Positions 1 through 10,742 of a stretch of DNA of 64,000 nt are shown here, one piece after another; the stretch's first letter is position 1, and the number at the start of each line of letters is the position of its first letter. The DNA comes from Pristiophorus japonicus. Taxonomy: Eukaryota. The notes beneath the pieces are model-generated. The model was not told the origin of the DNA. It did no database searches and saw only the letters and a list, made by a program, of their open reading frames with translations. Where the stretch lies: contig NC_091987.1 in NCBI RefSeq assembly GCF_044704955.1, forward strand, positions 26,598,001-26,662,000, given 5' to 3'. The translations under genes and the position numbers were made by a program.

Positions 1-698
1 ATGAAACCTCGCATTTTCTCTCTCTCATCCTGACCATGTACCTCTAACAGAAGAAGAAATGACAGATTTGTTTTTAAATCACTGGATCACAACAAGACAA
101 TGACAGGTACTTTCGAGCTGCCCTTGTAAATAAACCATTGAAGCTGTAAATGTTTAATGCAGATTCTGGGGGCAAAACTATCAACTTGTTTCTTTTCATG
201 TAATGTTACTGGCCACCGACTCTGTTGCCACCTGAATATTAAAGGTTGTGGAGTTGGGGAATGTACACCTTCTTCAGAATCCGAGAGATGGTCCGGAATG
301 GCGACAATGCCATCAGGTGAACCAGGATGACTGGGACAAGGAACTTCTCTGACACAATCCGAGGGCTATTGCTGGCAGTACCTGAGCCAGCTGACCTGGG
401 AGCAGGTCCTTGACAAGGACCCAGGGATTGGCAAGGTCAGAGGGCACCAGTAACAGCTGGGACAAGAGTTTCCCATCGACTCCTTGTCCCACGGATTATC
501 CCAGTTGATCAGAACAACGAGCGAGTACTGATCTGGTTTCAGTTTCCAGGGGTTGAGCATTGATGTCTGCATGGTCACTGCAGTGGATAATACTGTTACA
601 CACTCTGACTTTCACAGGGAATTATACAAGCTGGAATAAACAAACCTTCTACAGCAACACCCTTCCGATTGTCAGCTGGTTAGCGATGATTCCATTGT

Positions 699-1182
699 TC
701 ACGCTCCCTTCACCAGGTCTTCGAGCCGGCCACATTCACTCCTAGAGAGATCAGCCAGTTAGTCACAGTCAGTATAGCTCCCTTTCCTTCACTTAAACTG
801 CTTGTGCAGTCTCTTCTGCCTCATGTTTCCCCTGTTTACAAATCTATCGTGATGTCAGTGATCACATGATGCACAGGGTAGGGTCAGGCTTGCCCTGTGA
901 TGTCACAGTTTGACCCGTCCAATTAAAGGGCCTCACATTGATGCAGCTGTGTTTGGCCAAAAAGCCTCGGGCCTTAGGTTGGATGTGCTGGAATGCAATA
1001 ACAGCTTTGCACTTGGTTATGACCCAGAGAGTCGGGTGTGCAGGCAATGGGCAGTGATGGGATTGTTTGCCTTCTCTGTGCCCCCTTCTCTCAGTGGGGC
1101 CCAGTTACATGTGTTGCTGTTGCTCACCCTGCAGACTGTCCCGAGCAATGCCCCGGGAGATCTACCAATGATAAGTAGTTGT
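699..1182 (-). other. Candidate micro-exon chain in subunit A1: exons 1128-1182, 937-987 and 699-741 (unknown product, possibly relic)
   Basis: Minus-strand signals: acceptor TGCAG| at 1183, donor |GTGAGC at 1127, acceptor TTCCAG| at 988, donor |GTGAGG at 936, and branch/acceptor GACTAACTGGCTGATCTCTCTAG| at 742. The spliced frame is open: NYLSLVDLPGHCSGQSAGTSNLRPEAFWPNTAASMSECGRLEDLVKGA*. Confidence 0.35.
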
Positions 1183-3115
1183 CTGCATTTACAGAACACG
1201 GAGTGAGCACCAAACTCAAGGACTGGGAGGGGCTGATCAGTGAGGGAGCTGAGAGTGGGACTCAGTAACTATCTGTGAGCAGGCTACAGGCCACAGACTA
1301 ACTATTAACAACCCCAAAGAAGATCGAATGACAATTAAATGAACTGTTCCAACAACCTATTGTGCATCAGTATTACTGTATCTATTAAATTCTTTATGTT
1401 GCTCATTCTGACTTTCACAAATGATGATACAAGATCAATAGGTTAATACCAACCGTTCAAAGCTCACAACCTTCTCTCTAATCTGCTGGTTGATGATGGT
1501 TTCATCGTGTTCTCTTCATAAAGCAAAGATGGTGGGGTATTGTATCCGGCCACATTCACTCCTAGAGAGATCAGCCAGTTAGTCACGGACAGTGCTTTGC
1601 TTCACTGAAACTGCTTGTGTCTCAGGTAGCCCCAGGTTACAAACCTATTGTGATACCTGATCTCACTGTGATGCACAGGGTAGGGTCAGGCTTATATTAC
1701 AATGACTAGATGCACTAGAATACAATAACAGCTTTACACTTGGTTATGACCCAGAGAAGAGGGTGCTCGGGCGATGGACAATGATAAGCTTGTTTGCCTT
1801 CTCCGTGCCCCATCTCTGGGTGGAGGATGACTCCAGCAATCCAATCTCCTTTTGAAGCAGCGTTTGTGTTTCTTGGGTTTGGAGTGCTGGATGCTCAGAT
1901 CAACGGTGTTGCAGCAGTCAGAAGAACATAAGAACATAAGAAATAGGAATAGGAATAGGCCATACGGCCCCTCGAGCCTGCTCCGCCATTTAATACGATC
2001 ATGACTGATCCGATCATGGACTCAGCTCCACTTCCCTGCCCGCTCCCCATAACCCCTTAATCCCTTATCAGTTAAGAAACTGTCTATTTCTGTCTTAAAT
2101 CCATTCAATGACCCAGCATCCAAAGCACTCTGAGGCAGTGAATTCTACAGATTTACAACCCTCTGAGAGAAGAAATTCCTTCTCATCTCAGTTTTAAATG
2201 GGCGGCCCCTTATTCCAAGATTATGCCCCTAGTTCTAGCTGGAATAAACAAACCTTCGACAGCAACACCCTTCCGACTGTCAGCTGGTTAGTGATGATTC
2301 CATTGTTCACGCTCCCTTCACCAGGTCTTCTCGCCGGCCACATTCACTCCTAGAGAGATCAGCCAGTTAGTCACAGTCAGTGCAACTCCCTTTCCTTCTG
2401 CTTGTGCAGCCTCTTCTGCTTCATGTTGCCCCTGTTTACAAATCTATCATGATGTCAGTGATCACGTGATTCACAGAATAGGGTCAGGCTTGCCCTGTGA
2501 TGTCACAGTTTGACCCGTCCAGTTAAAGGGCCTCGCCTTGATGCAACTGTGTTTGGCCAAAAAGCCTCGGGCCTTAGGTTGGACGTGCGAGAATGCAATA
2601 ACAGCTTTGCACTTGGTTATGACCCAGAGAGTCGGATGTGCAGGCAATGAGCAGTGATGGGATTGTTAGCCGTATCCGTGCCCCCCTCTCTCAGTGGGGC
2701 CCAGTTACATGGGTGACTGTTGCTCACCCTGCAGACTGTCCCGAGCAATGCCCCAGGAGATCTACCAATGATAAGTAGTTGTCTACATTTACAGAACACG
2801 GAGTGAGCACCAAACTCAAGGACTGGGAGGGGCTGGTCAGTGAGGGAGCTGAGAGTGGGACTCAGTAACCATCTGTGAGCAGGCTGCAGGCCCCAGACTA
2901 ACTATTAACAACCCCAAAGAAGATCGAATAACAACAAAATGAACTGTTCCAACAACCTACTGTGCATCAGTTTTACTGTATCTATTAAATTCTTTATGTT
3001 GCTTAATCTGACTTTCACAAATGATGATACAAGATCAATAGGTTAATACTAACCTTTGAAAGCTCACAGCCTTCTCTCTAATCTGCTGGTTGATGATGTT
3101 TTTATTGTGTTCTCT

Positions 3116-3397
3116 TCATAAAGCAAAGATGGTGAGATATTGTATCCGGCCACATTCACTCCTAGAGAGATCAGCCAGTTAGTCACAGTCAGTGCTTTCC
3201 TTACTGAAACTGTTTGTGTCTCAGGTAGCCCCAGGTTCCAAACCTATTGTGATACCTGATCTCACTGTGATGCACAGGGTAGGGTCAGGCTTGCCCTGTG
3301 ATGTCACGGTTTGACCCGTCCAGTGAAAGGGCCTCACCTTGATGTAACTGTGTTTGGCCAAAAATCCCTGGGCTTTAGATTACAATGACTAGATGCA
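3116..3397 (-). other. Candidate micro-exons in subunit B2: 3338-3397 and 3116-3161 (terminal, ITIM-like IQYLTI)
   Basis: TTGTATTCTAG| 60-nt exon AAG|GTGAGG, then CTAAC...TCTCTCTAG|. The spliced frame reads ASSHCNLKPRDFWPNTVTSRSECGRIQYLTIFAL*. Confidence 0.3.
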
Positions 3398-6300
3398 CTA
3401 GAATACAATAACAGCTTTACACTTGGTTATGACCCAGAGAAGAGGGTGCTCGGGCGATGGACAATGATAAGCTTGTTTGCCTTCTCAGTGCCCCCATCTC
3501 TGGTTGGAGGATGACTCCAGCAATCCAATAACCTTCTGAAGCAGCGTTTATGTTTCTTGGGTTTGGAGTGCTGGATGCTCAGATCAATGGTGTTGCAGCA
3601 GTCATAAGAACATAAGAACATAAGAAATAGGAGTAGGAATAGGCCATACGGCCCCTCGAGCCTGCTCCGCCATTTAATACGATCAAGGCTGATCTGATCA
3701 TGGACTCAGCTCCACTTCCCTGCCCGCTCCCCATAACCCCTTAATCCCTTATCAGTTAAGAAACTGTCTATTTCTGTCTTAAATCCATTCAATGACCCAG
3801 CATCCAAAGCACTCTGAGGCAGTGAATTCTACAGATTTACAACCCTCTGAGAGAAGAAATTCCTTCTCATCTCAGTTTTAAATGGGCGGCCCCTTATTCT
3901 AAGATTATGCCCCTAGTTCTAGCTGGAATAAACAAACCTTCGACAGCAACACCCTTCCGACTGTCAGCTGGTTAGCGATGATTCCATTGTTCACGCTCCC
4001 TTCATCAGGTCTTCTCGCCGGCCACATTCACTCCTAGAGAGATCAGCCAGTTAGTCACAGTCAGTGCAACTCCCTTTCCTTCTGCTTGTGCAGCCTCTTC
4101 TGCTTCATGTTGCCCCTGTTTACAAATCTATCATGATGTCAGTGATCACGTGATTCACAGAATAGGGTCAGGCTTGCCCTGTGATGTCACAGTTTGACCC
4201 GTCCAGTTAAAGGGCCTCACCTTGATGCAACTGTGTTTGGCCAAAAAGCCTCGGGCCTGAGGTTGGACGTGCGAGAATGCAATATACAGCTTTGCACTTG
4301 GTTATGACCCAGAGAGTCGGATGTGCAGGCAATGGGCAGTAATGGGATTGTTAGCCGTATCCGTGCCCCCTCTCTCAGTGGGGCCCAGTTACATGGGTGA
4401 CTGTTGCTCACCCTGCAGACTGTCCCGAGCAATGCCCCGGGAGATCTACCAATGATAAGTAGTTGTCTACATTTACAGAACACGGAGTGAGCACCAAACT
4501 CAAGGACTGGGAGGGGCTGGTCAGTGAGGGAGCTGAGAGTGGGACTCAGTAACCATCTGTGAGCAGGCTGCAGGCCCCAGACTAACTATTAACAACCCCA
4601 AAGAAGATCGAATAACAACAAAATGAACTGTTCCAACAACCTACTGTGCATCAGTATTACTGTATCTATTAAATTCTTTATGTTGCTTAATCTGACTTTC
4701 ACAAATGATGATACAAGATCAATAGGTTAATACTAACCTTTGAAAGCTCACAACCTTCTCTCTAATCTGCTGCTTGATGATGTTTTTATTGTGTTCTCTT
4801 CATAAAGCAAAGATGGTGAGATATTGTATCCGGCCACATTCACTCCTAGAGAGATCAGCCAGTTAGTCACAGTCAGTGCTTTCCTTACTGAAACTGTTTG
4901 TGTCTCAGGTAGCCCCAGGTTACAAACCTATTGTGATACCTGATCTCACTGTGATGCACAGGATAGGGTCAGGCTTGCCCTATGATGTCACGGTTTGACC
5001 CGTCCAGTGAAAGGGCCTCACCTTGATGTAACTGTGTTTGGCCAAAAATCCCTGGGCTTTAGATTACAATGACTAGATGCACTGGAATACAATAACAGCT
5101 TTACACTTGGTTATGACCCAGAGAAGAGGGTGCTCGGGCGATGGACAATGATAAGCTTGTTTGCCTTCTCAGTGCCCCCATCTCTGGGTGGAGGATGACT
5201 CCAGCAATCCAATAACCTTCTGAAGCAGCGTTTGTGTTTCTTGGGTTTGGAGTGCTGGATGCTCAGATCAACGGTGTTGCAGCAGTCATAAGAACATAAG
5301 AACATAAGAAATAGGAGTAGGAATAGGCCATACGGCCCCTCGAGCCTGCTCTGCCATTTAATACGATCAAGGCTGATCTGATCATGCACTCAGCTCCACT
5401 TCCCTGCCCGCTCCCCATAACCCCTTAATCCCTTATCAGTTAAGAAACTGTCTATTTCTGTCTTAAATCCATTCAATGACCCAGCATCCAAAGCACTCTG
5501 AGGCAGTGAATTCTACAGATTTACAACCCTTTGAGATAAGAAATTCCTCCTCATCTCAGTTTTAAATGGGCGGCCTGTTATTCTAAGATTATGCCCCTAG
5601 TTCTAGCTGGAATAAACAAACCTTCTACAGCAACACCCTTCCGACTGGTTAGCGATGATTCCATTGTTCACGCTCCCTTCACCAGGTCTTCTAGCTGGCC
5701 ACATTCACTCCTAGAGAGATCAGCCAGTTATTCACAGTCAGTACAACTCCCTTTCCTTCTGCTTGTGCAGCCTCTTCTGCCTCATGTTGCCCCTGTTTAC
5801 AAATCTATCGTGATGTCAGTGATCACGTGATGCACAGGGTAGGGTCAGGCTTGCCCTGTGATGTCAGTTTGACCCATCCAGTTAAAGGGCCTCACCTTGA
5901 TGCAACTGTGTTTGGCCAAAAAGCTTCGGGCCTTAGGTTGGATGTGCGAGAATGCAATAACAGCTTTGCACTTGGTTATGACCCAGAGAGTCGGATGTGC
6001 AGGCAATGGGCAGTAATGGGATTGTTAGCCGTATCCGTGCCCCCCTCTCTCAGTGGGGCCCAGTTACATGTGTGACTGTTGCTCACCCTGCAGACTGTTC
6101 CGAGCAATGCCCCGGGAAATCTGCCAATGATAAGTAGTTGTCTACATTTACAGAACACGGAGTGAGCACCAAACTCAAGGACTGGGAGGGGCTGATCAGT
6201 GAGGGAGCTGAGAGTGGGACTCAGTAAACACCTGTGAGCAGCCTGCAGGCCCCAGACTAACTATTAACAACCCCAAAGAAGATCGAATAACAACAAAATG

Positions 6301-6961
6301 AACTGTTCCAACAACCGACTGTGCATCAGTTTTACTGTATCTATTAAATTCTTTATGTTGCTCATTCTGACTTTCACAAATGATGATACAAGATCAATAG
6401 GTTAATACCAACCTTCCAAAGCTCACAACCTTCTCTCTAATCTGCTGGTTGATGATGGTTTCATCGTGTTCTCTTCATAAAGCAAAGATGGTGAGATATT
6501 GTATCCGGCCACATTCACTCCTAGAGAGATCAGCCAGTTCGTCACAGTCAGTGTTTTCCTGACTGAAACTTTTTGTGTCTCAGGTAGCCCCAGGTTACAA
6601 ACCTATTGTGATGCCTGATCTCACTGTGATGCACATAGTAGGGTCAGGCTTGCCCTGTGATGTCACGGTTCGACCTGTCCAGTGAAAGGGCCTCACCTTG
6701 ATGTAACTGTGTTTGGCCAAAAACCCCTGGGCTTTAGATTACAATGACTAGATGCACTAGAATACAATAACAGCTTTACACTTGGTTATGACCCAGAGAA
6801 GAGGGTGCTCGGGCGATGGACAATGATAAGCTTGTTTGCCTTCTCCGTGCCCCCATTTTTGGGTGGAGGATGACTCTAGCACTCCAATGTCCTTCTGAAG
6901 CAGCGTTTGTGTTTCTTGGGTTTGGAGTGCTGGACGCTCAGATCAATGGTGTTGCAGCAGT

Positions 6962-8733
6962 CATAAGAACATAAGAACATAAGAAATAGGAGTAGGAGTA
7001 GGCCATACGGCCCCTCGAGCCTGCTTCGCCATTTAATACGATCATGGCTGATCCGATCATGGACTCAGCTCCACTTCCCTGCCCGCTCCCCATAACCCCT
7101 TAACCCCTTATCGTTTAAGAAATTGTCTATTTCTGTCTTAAATCCATTCAATGTCCCAGCTTCCACAGCTCTCTGAGGCAACGAATTCCACAGATTTACA
7201 ACCCTCTCAGAGAAGAAATTCCTCCTCATCTCAGTTTTAAATGGGCGGCCTCTTATTCTAAGATCATGCCCCCTACTTCTAGCATCCCCTATCAGTGGTT
7301 ACATTCTCTCTGCATCCACATTGTCAATCCACCGCATAATCTTAAACATTTCGATAAGATCACCTCTCATTCTTCTGAATTCCAACGAGTAAAGGCCCAA
7401 CCTACTCAACCTTTCCTCATGTCAACCCCCTCATCTCTGGAATCAACCGAGTGAACCTTCTCTGAACTGCCCCCAAAGCATGTATATCCTTTCTTAAATG
7501 TGGAAACCAAAACTGCACGCAGTATTCCAGGTGTGGCCTCACCAATACCCTGTATAACGAACAAGACTTCCCTGCTTTTATACTCCATCCCCTTTGCAAT
7601 AAAGGCCAAGATTCCATTGGCCTTCCTGATCACTTGCTGTACCTGCATACTAACCTTTTGTGTTTCATGCACAAGTACCCCCAGGTCTCGCTGTGCTGCG
7701 GCACTTTGCAATCTTTCTCCATTTAACTAATAACTTGCTCTTTGATTTTTTCTGCCAAAGTACATGACCTCACACTTTCCAACATTATACTCCAACTGAA
7801 AAATGTGTGCCCACTCACTTAGCCTGTCTATGTCCTTTGCAGATTTTTTGAGCCCTCCTCACACATTACTTTTCCTCCCATCTTTGTTTCGCCAGCAAAC
7901 TTGGCTACATTACACTCGGTCCTTTCTTCCAAGTCATTAATATAGATTGTAAATAGTTGAGGTCCCAGCACTGATCCCTGTGGCACCCCACTGGTTACTG
8001 ATTGCCAACCAGAGAATGAACCATTTATCCCAACTCTCTGTTTTCTGTTAGTTAGCCAATCCTCTATCCATGCGAATATATTACCCCCAACCCCGTGAAC
8101 TTTTACCTTGTGCAGTAACCTTTAATGTGGCATCTTGTCAAATGCCTTCTGGAAGTCCAAATATACCACATCCATTGGTTCCCCTTCATCCACCCTGTTT
8201 ATTACATCCTCAAAGAATTCCAGCAAATTTGACAAACATGACTTCTGCTTCATAAATCCATGCTGACTCTGCCTGACTGCATTATGTTTTCCCAAATTTC
8301 CTGCTACTGCTTCTTTAACAACATTTTCCCAACCCCGTCCTTTAATCAATCCTCAATCCATGCTGGTATATTACCCTAATCCCATGAACCTTAATTTTGT
8401 TTAATAATCTCTTGTGTTGCACCTTATCGAATGCCTTCTGAAAATCCAAACACACCACATCCACTGGTTCCCCCGATCTATTCTGCTAGTTACCAGCTCA
8501 AAAAACTCAAAACATATTTGTCAAACATGTTTTCCCTTTCATAAATCTATGTTGACTCTGCCCAATCCTATTATTATTTTCTCAGTGCCCTTAATAATAG
8601 ATTATAGCATTTTCCCTACTACTGATGTCAGGCTAACTGGTCTGTAGTTTCCCGTTTTCTCTCTCCCTCCTTTCTTAAATGGTGGCGTTACATTAGCGAC
8701 CCTCCAGTCCACGGGAACCATTCTAGAATCTAT
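6962..8733 (-). mobile_element. CR1 LINE 3' portion (RT C-terminus plus 3' tail), internally deleted, followed by a second RT fragment
   Basis: (CATAAGAA)n tail at 6962; ORFs with [13 protein letters not shown] and QSQHGFMKQKSCLSNLLEFFEDV. Confidence 0.9.
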
Positions 8734-9136
8734 GGGGCTAGACTTTCGGCACATCATCACCCAATTTATCCCTCATTTATCGTACATTTTAGCACCTATT
8801 TATCACCCATTTATCGCCCATTTAGCGCTGAGATTCAGGCTATCGCCCATTTTTGCTAAAAAATGGAAACTAGCGCCCGATTACCGCCCATTTTTTTGCC
8901 GGCCCAACTTTCGGCACACATGAATGTGCAGCATCGCCCGGCCTAAGTTTTTAAAAAAATGTGACGTCATCCGCGTGTCACGCCGAGAATAATGCTAAAA
9001 ATGGAAACTTGCGCCCGATTATCGCTCAGATGATCGCCACCGCAACTTTCGGCATTTCGCCCAAACTTCGCTGAAATGGTCGCTGGCTGAATAAATTGCT
9101 GAAAAAAAGCTGCACTCACCTGACCTTAAGTCGGAG

Positions 9137-10006
9137 CTATTCGACAGTACTCGGCAGTACTCGGCAATACTCGGCAGTAGTCAGCAATACTCGGCAGTAC
9201 TCGTCAATACTCGGCAGTACTCGGCAGTACTCGGCAATACTCAGCAGTACTCGGCAATACTCGGCAGTACTCGGCAGTACTCGGCAGTACTCGGCAGTAC
9301 TCGGCAATACTCGGCAGTACTCGGCAATACTCGGCAGTACTCGGCAATACTCGGCAGTACTCGGCAGTACTCGGCAATACTCGGCAGTACTCGGCAGTAC
9401 TCGGCAATACTCGGCAGTACTCGGCAATACTCGGCAGTACTCGGCAGTACTCGGCAATACTCGGCAATACTCGGCAGTACTCGGCAATACTCGGCAGTAC
9501 TCGGCAATACTCGGCAGTACTCGGCAATACTCGGCAGTACTCGGCAGTACTCGGCAATACTCGGCAGTACTTGGCAGTACTCGGCAATACTCGGCAGTAC
9601 TCGGCAGTACTCGGCAATACTCGGCAATACTCGGCAGTACTCGGCAATACTCGGCAGTACTCGGCAATACTCGGCAGTACTCGGCAGTACTCGGCAATAC
9701 TCGGCAGTACTCGGCAGTACTCGGCAATACTCGGCAGTACTCGGCAGTACTCGGCAATACTCGGCAGTACTCGGCAATACTCGGCAGTACTCGACAATAC
9801 TCGACAATACTCAGCAGTACTCGACAGTACTCGGCAATACTCGGCAGTACTCGGCAATACTCGGCAGTACTCGAAAGTACTCGGCAGTACTCGGCAGTAC
9901 TCGGCAATACTCGGCAATACTCGACAATACTCGGCAATACTCGGCAGTACTCGACAGTACTCGGCAGTACTCGGCAGTACTCAGCAGTACTCGGCAATAC
10001 TCGGCA
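9137..10006. repeat. 10-bp satellite (TACTCGGCAR)n, about 87 copies, inside the Harbinger element
   Basis: Directly visible; produces the spurious STRQYSAVLG and AEYCRVLPS ORFs. Confidence 0.98.
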
Positions 10007-10426
10007 CTACGGACACCTTTTTGACAGTCGGAGGATCTGTACTGAAAGGCTGCTTCAAGTGTTTGTGAGGAGAATCAATTTGTGAGTGATGTTACGGCCT
10101 TTTTGACCCTTGCCAATCATCTAATCACATTTGCATCTGATGAGGACAAATTAAGGGCATTTATAGTGATTTATGGTGATGCGCCTGTAATTTCTCAACC
10201 AGTATTGGTCTCTAATCACATGCTGCAGACTGAAGATGGGAGAAGGTATATTGAAGAGCATTATGTGCCCAATCAAAGAGATGGCAGACTGCTGAGGAGG
10301 AGGAGACATTACACCCAACGCATTTACAGGGAAAAGCGATCATATCTGAACTTGGCTGATAACACGTGCGTTAGGAGGCTGCGCTTCCGAAAGGAGGTCA
10401 TCAGTGAGATATGCCAGCTCAGCGGG

Positions 10427-10742
10427 CAGTTCGAGTGGGGAGTTCGGAGAGGCGGGAGTCCGGGGACGTCAGAGGAGAGTCCTATAAAAAGGCCCAGCGG
10501 CAGTTCGAGCGGGGAGTTCGGAGAGGCGGGAGTCCGGGGATGTCAGAGGAGAGGCCTATAAAAAGGCCCAGCGGCAGTTCGAGCGGGGAGTTCAGAGAGG
10601 CGGGAGTCCGAGGACATCAGAGGAGAGTCCTATAAAAAGGCCCAGCGACAGTTCGAGCGGGGAGTTCGGAGAGGCGGGAGATGTCAGAGGAGAGGCCTAT
10701 AAAAAGGCCCAGCGGCAGTTCGAGCGGGGAGTTTGGAGAGGC
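10427..10742 (+). promoter_or_regulatory. About 4.4 tandem 74-bp GC-rich monomers with TATAAAAA at the CR1 5' end (putative internal promoter array)
   Basis: CAGTTCGAG at 10427, 10501, 10575, 10649 and 10716; CCTATAAAAAGG in each full unit. Confidence 0.55.

Larger units (their letters stand above)
631..7282. repeat. Tandem array of 4 units (about 1608, 1684, 1684 and 1676 bp); each unit = subunit A + paralogous subunit B + 3' end of a minus-strand CR1
   Basis: CTGGAATAAACAAACCTTC recurs at 631, 2239, 3923 and 5607, and the ORF track repeats (MFCKCRQLLIIG..., MFLCSYDCCNT...). The core CCGGCCACATTCACTCCTAGAGAGATCAGCCAG occurs 8 times with minor variants. Unit 1 has a ~76 bp deletion near 1693. 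Confidence 0.95.

Noticed and set aside
937-987. IQ-motif-like IQPKARGFLAK in an alternative frame
   Set aside because: The same frame has stops in subunit B and terminates immediately in the next exon, and there is no myosin or IQ-protein context.
996-1022. AAGTGC (miR-430/302-like seed) on the minus strand of the repeated cassette
   Set aside because: The seed is AAGTGCA, not AAGTGCT; B copies have AAGTGT; and there is no long precursor hairpin.
1420-1500. ATGATGA/TTGATGA resembling snoRNA C boxes
   Set aside because: I found no properly spaced D box with a terminal stem or recognisable rRNA antisense element, and the motifs are not conserved in subunit A.
3242-3269. Perfect RSS heptamer (CACAGTG on minus) with a 12-bp spacer in every B subunit, suggesting D or J segments
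   Set aside because: The nonamer ACAATAGGT matches only 5/9 and lacks the A-tract. There is no WGxG/FGxG/GGGT J motif or paired RSS, and the position is 3' of the C exons.
9096-10085. Long ORFs of 165-329 aa on both strands
   Set aside because: Artefacts of a stop-free 10-bp satellite.
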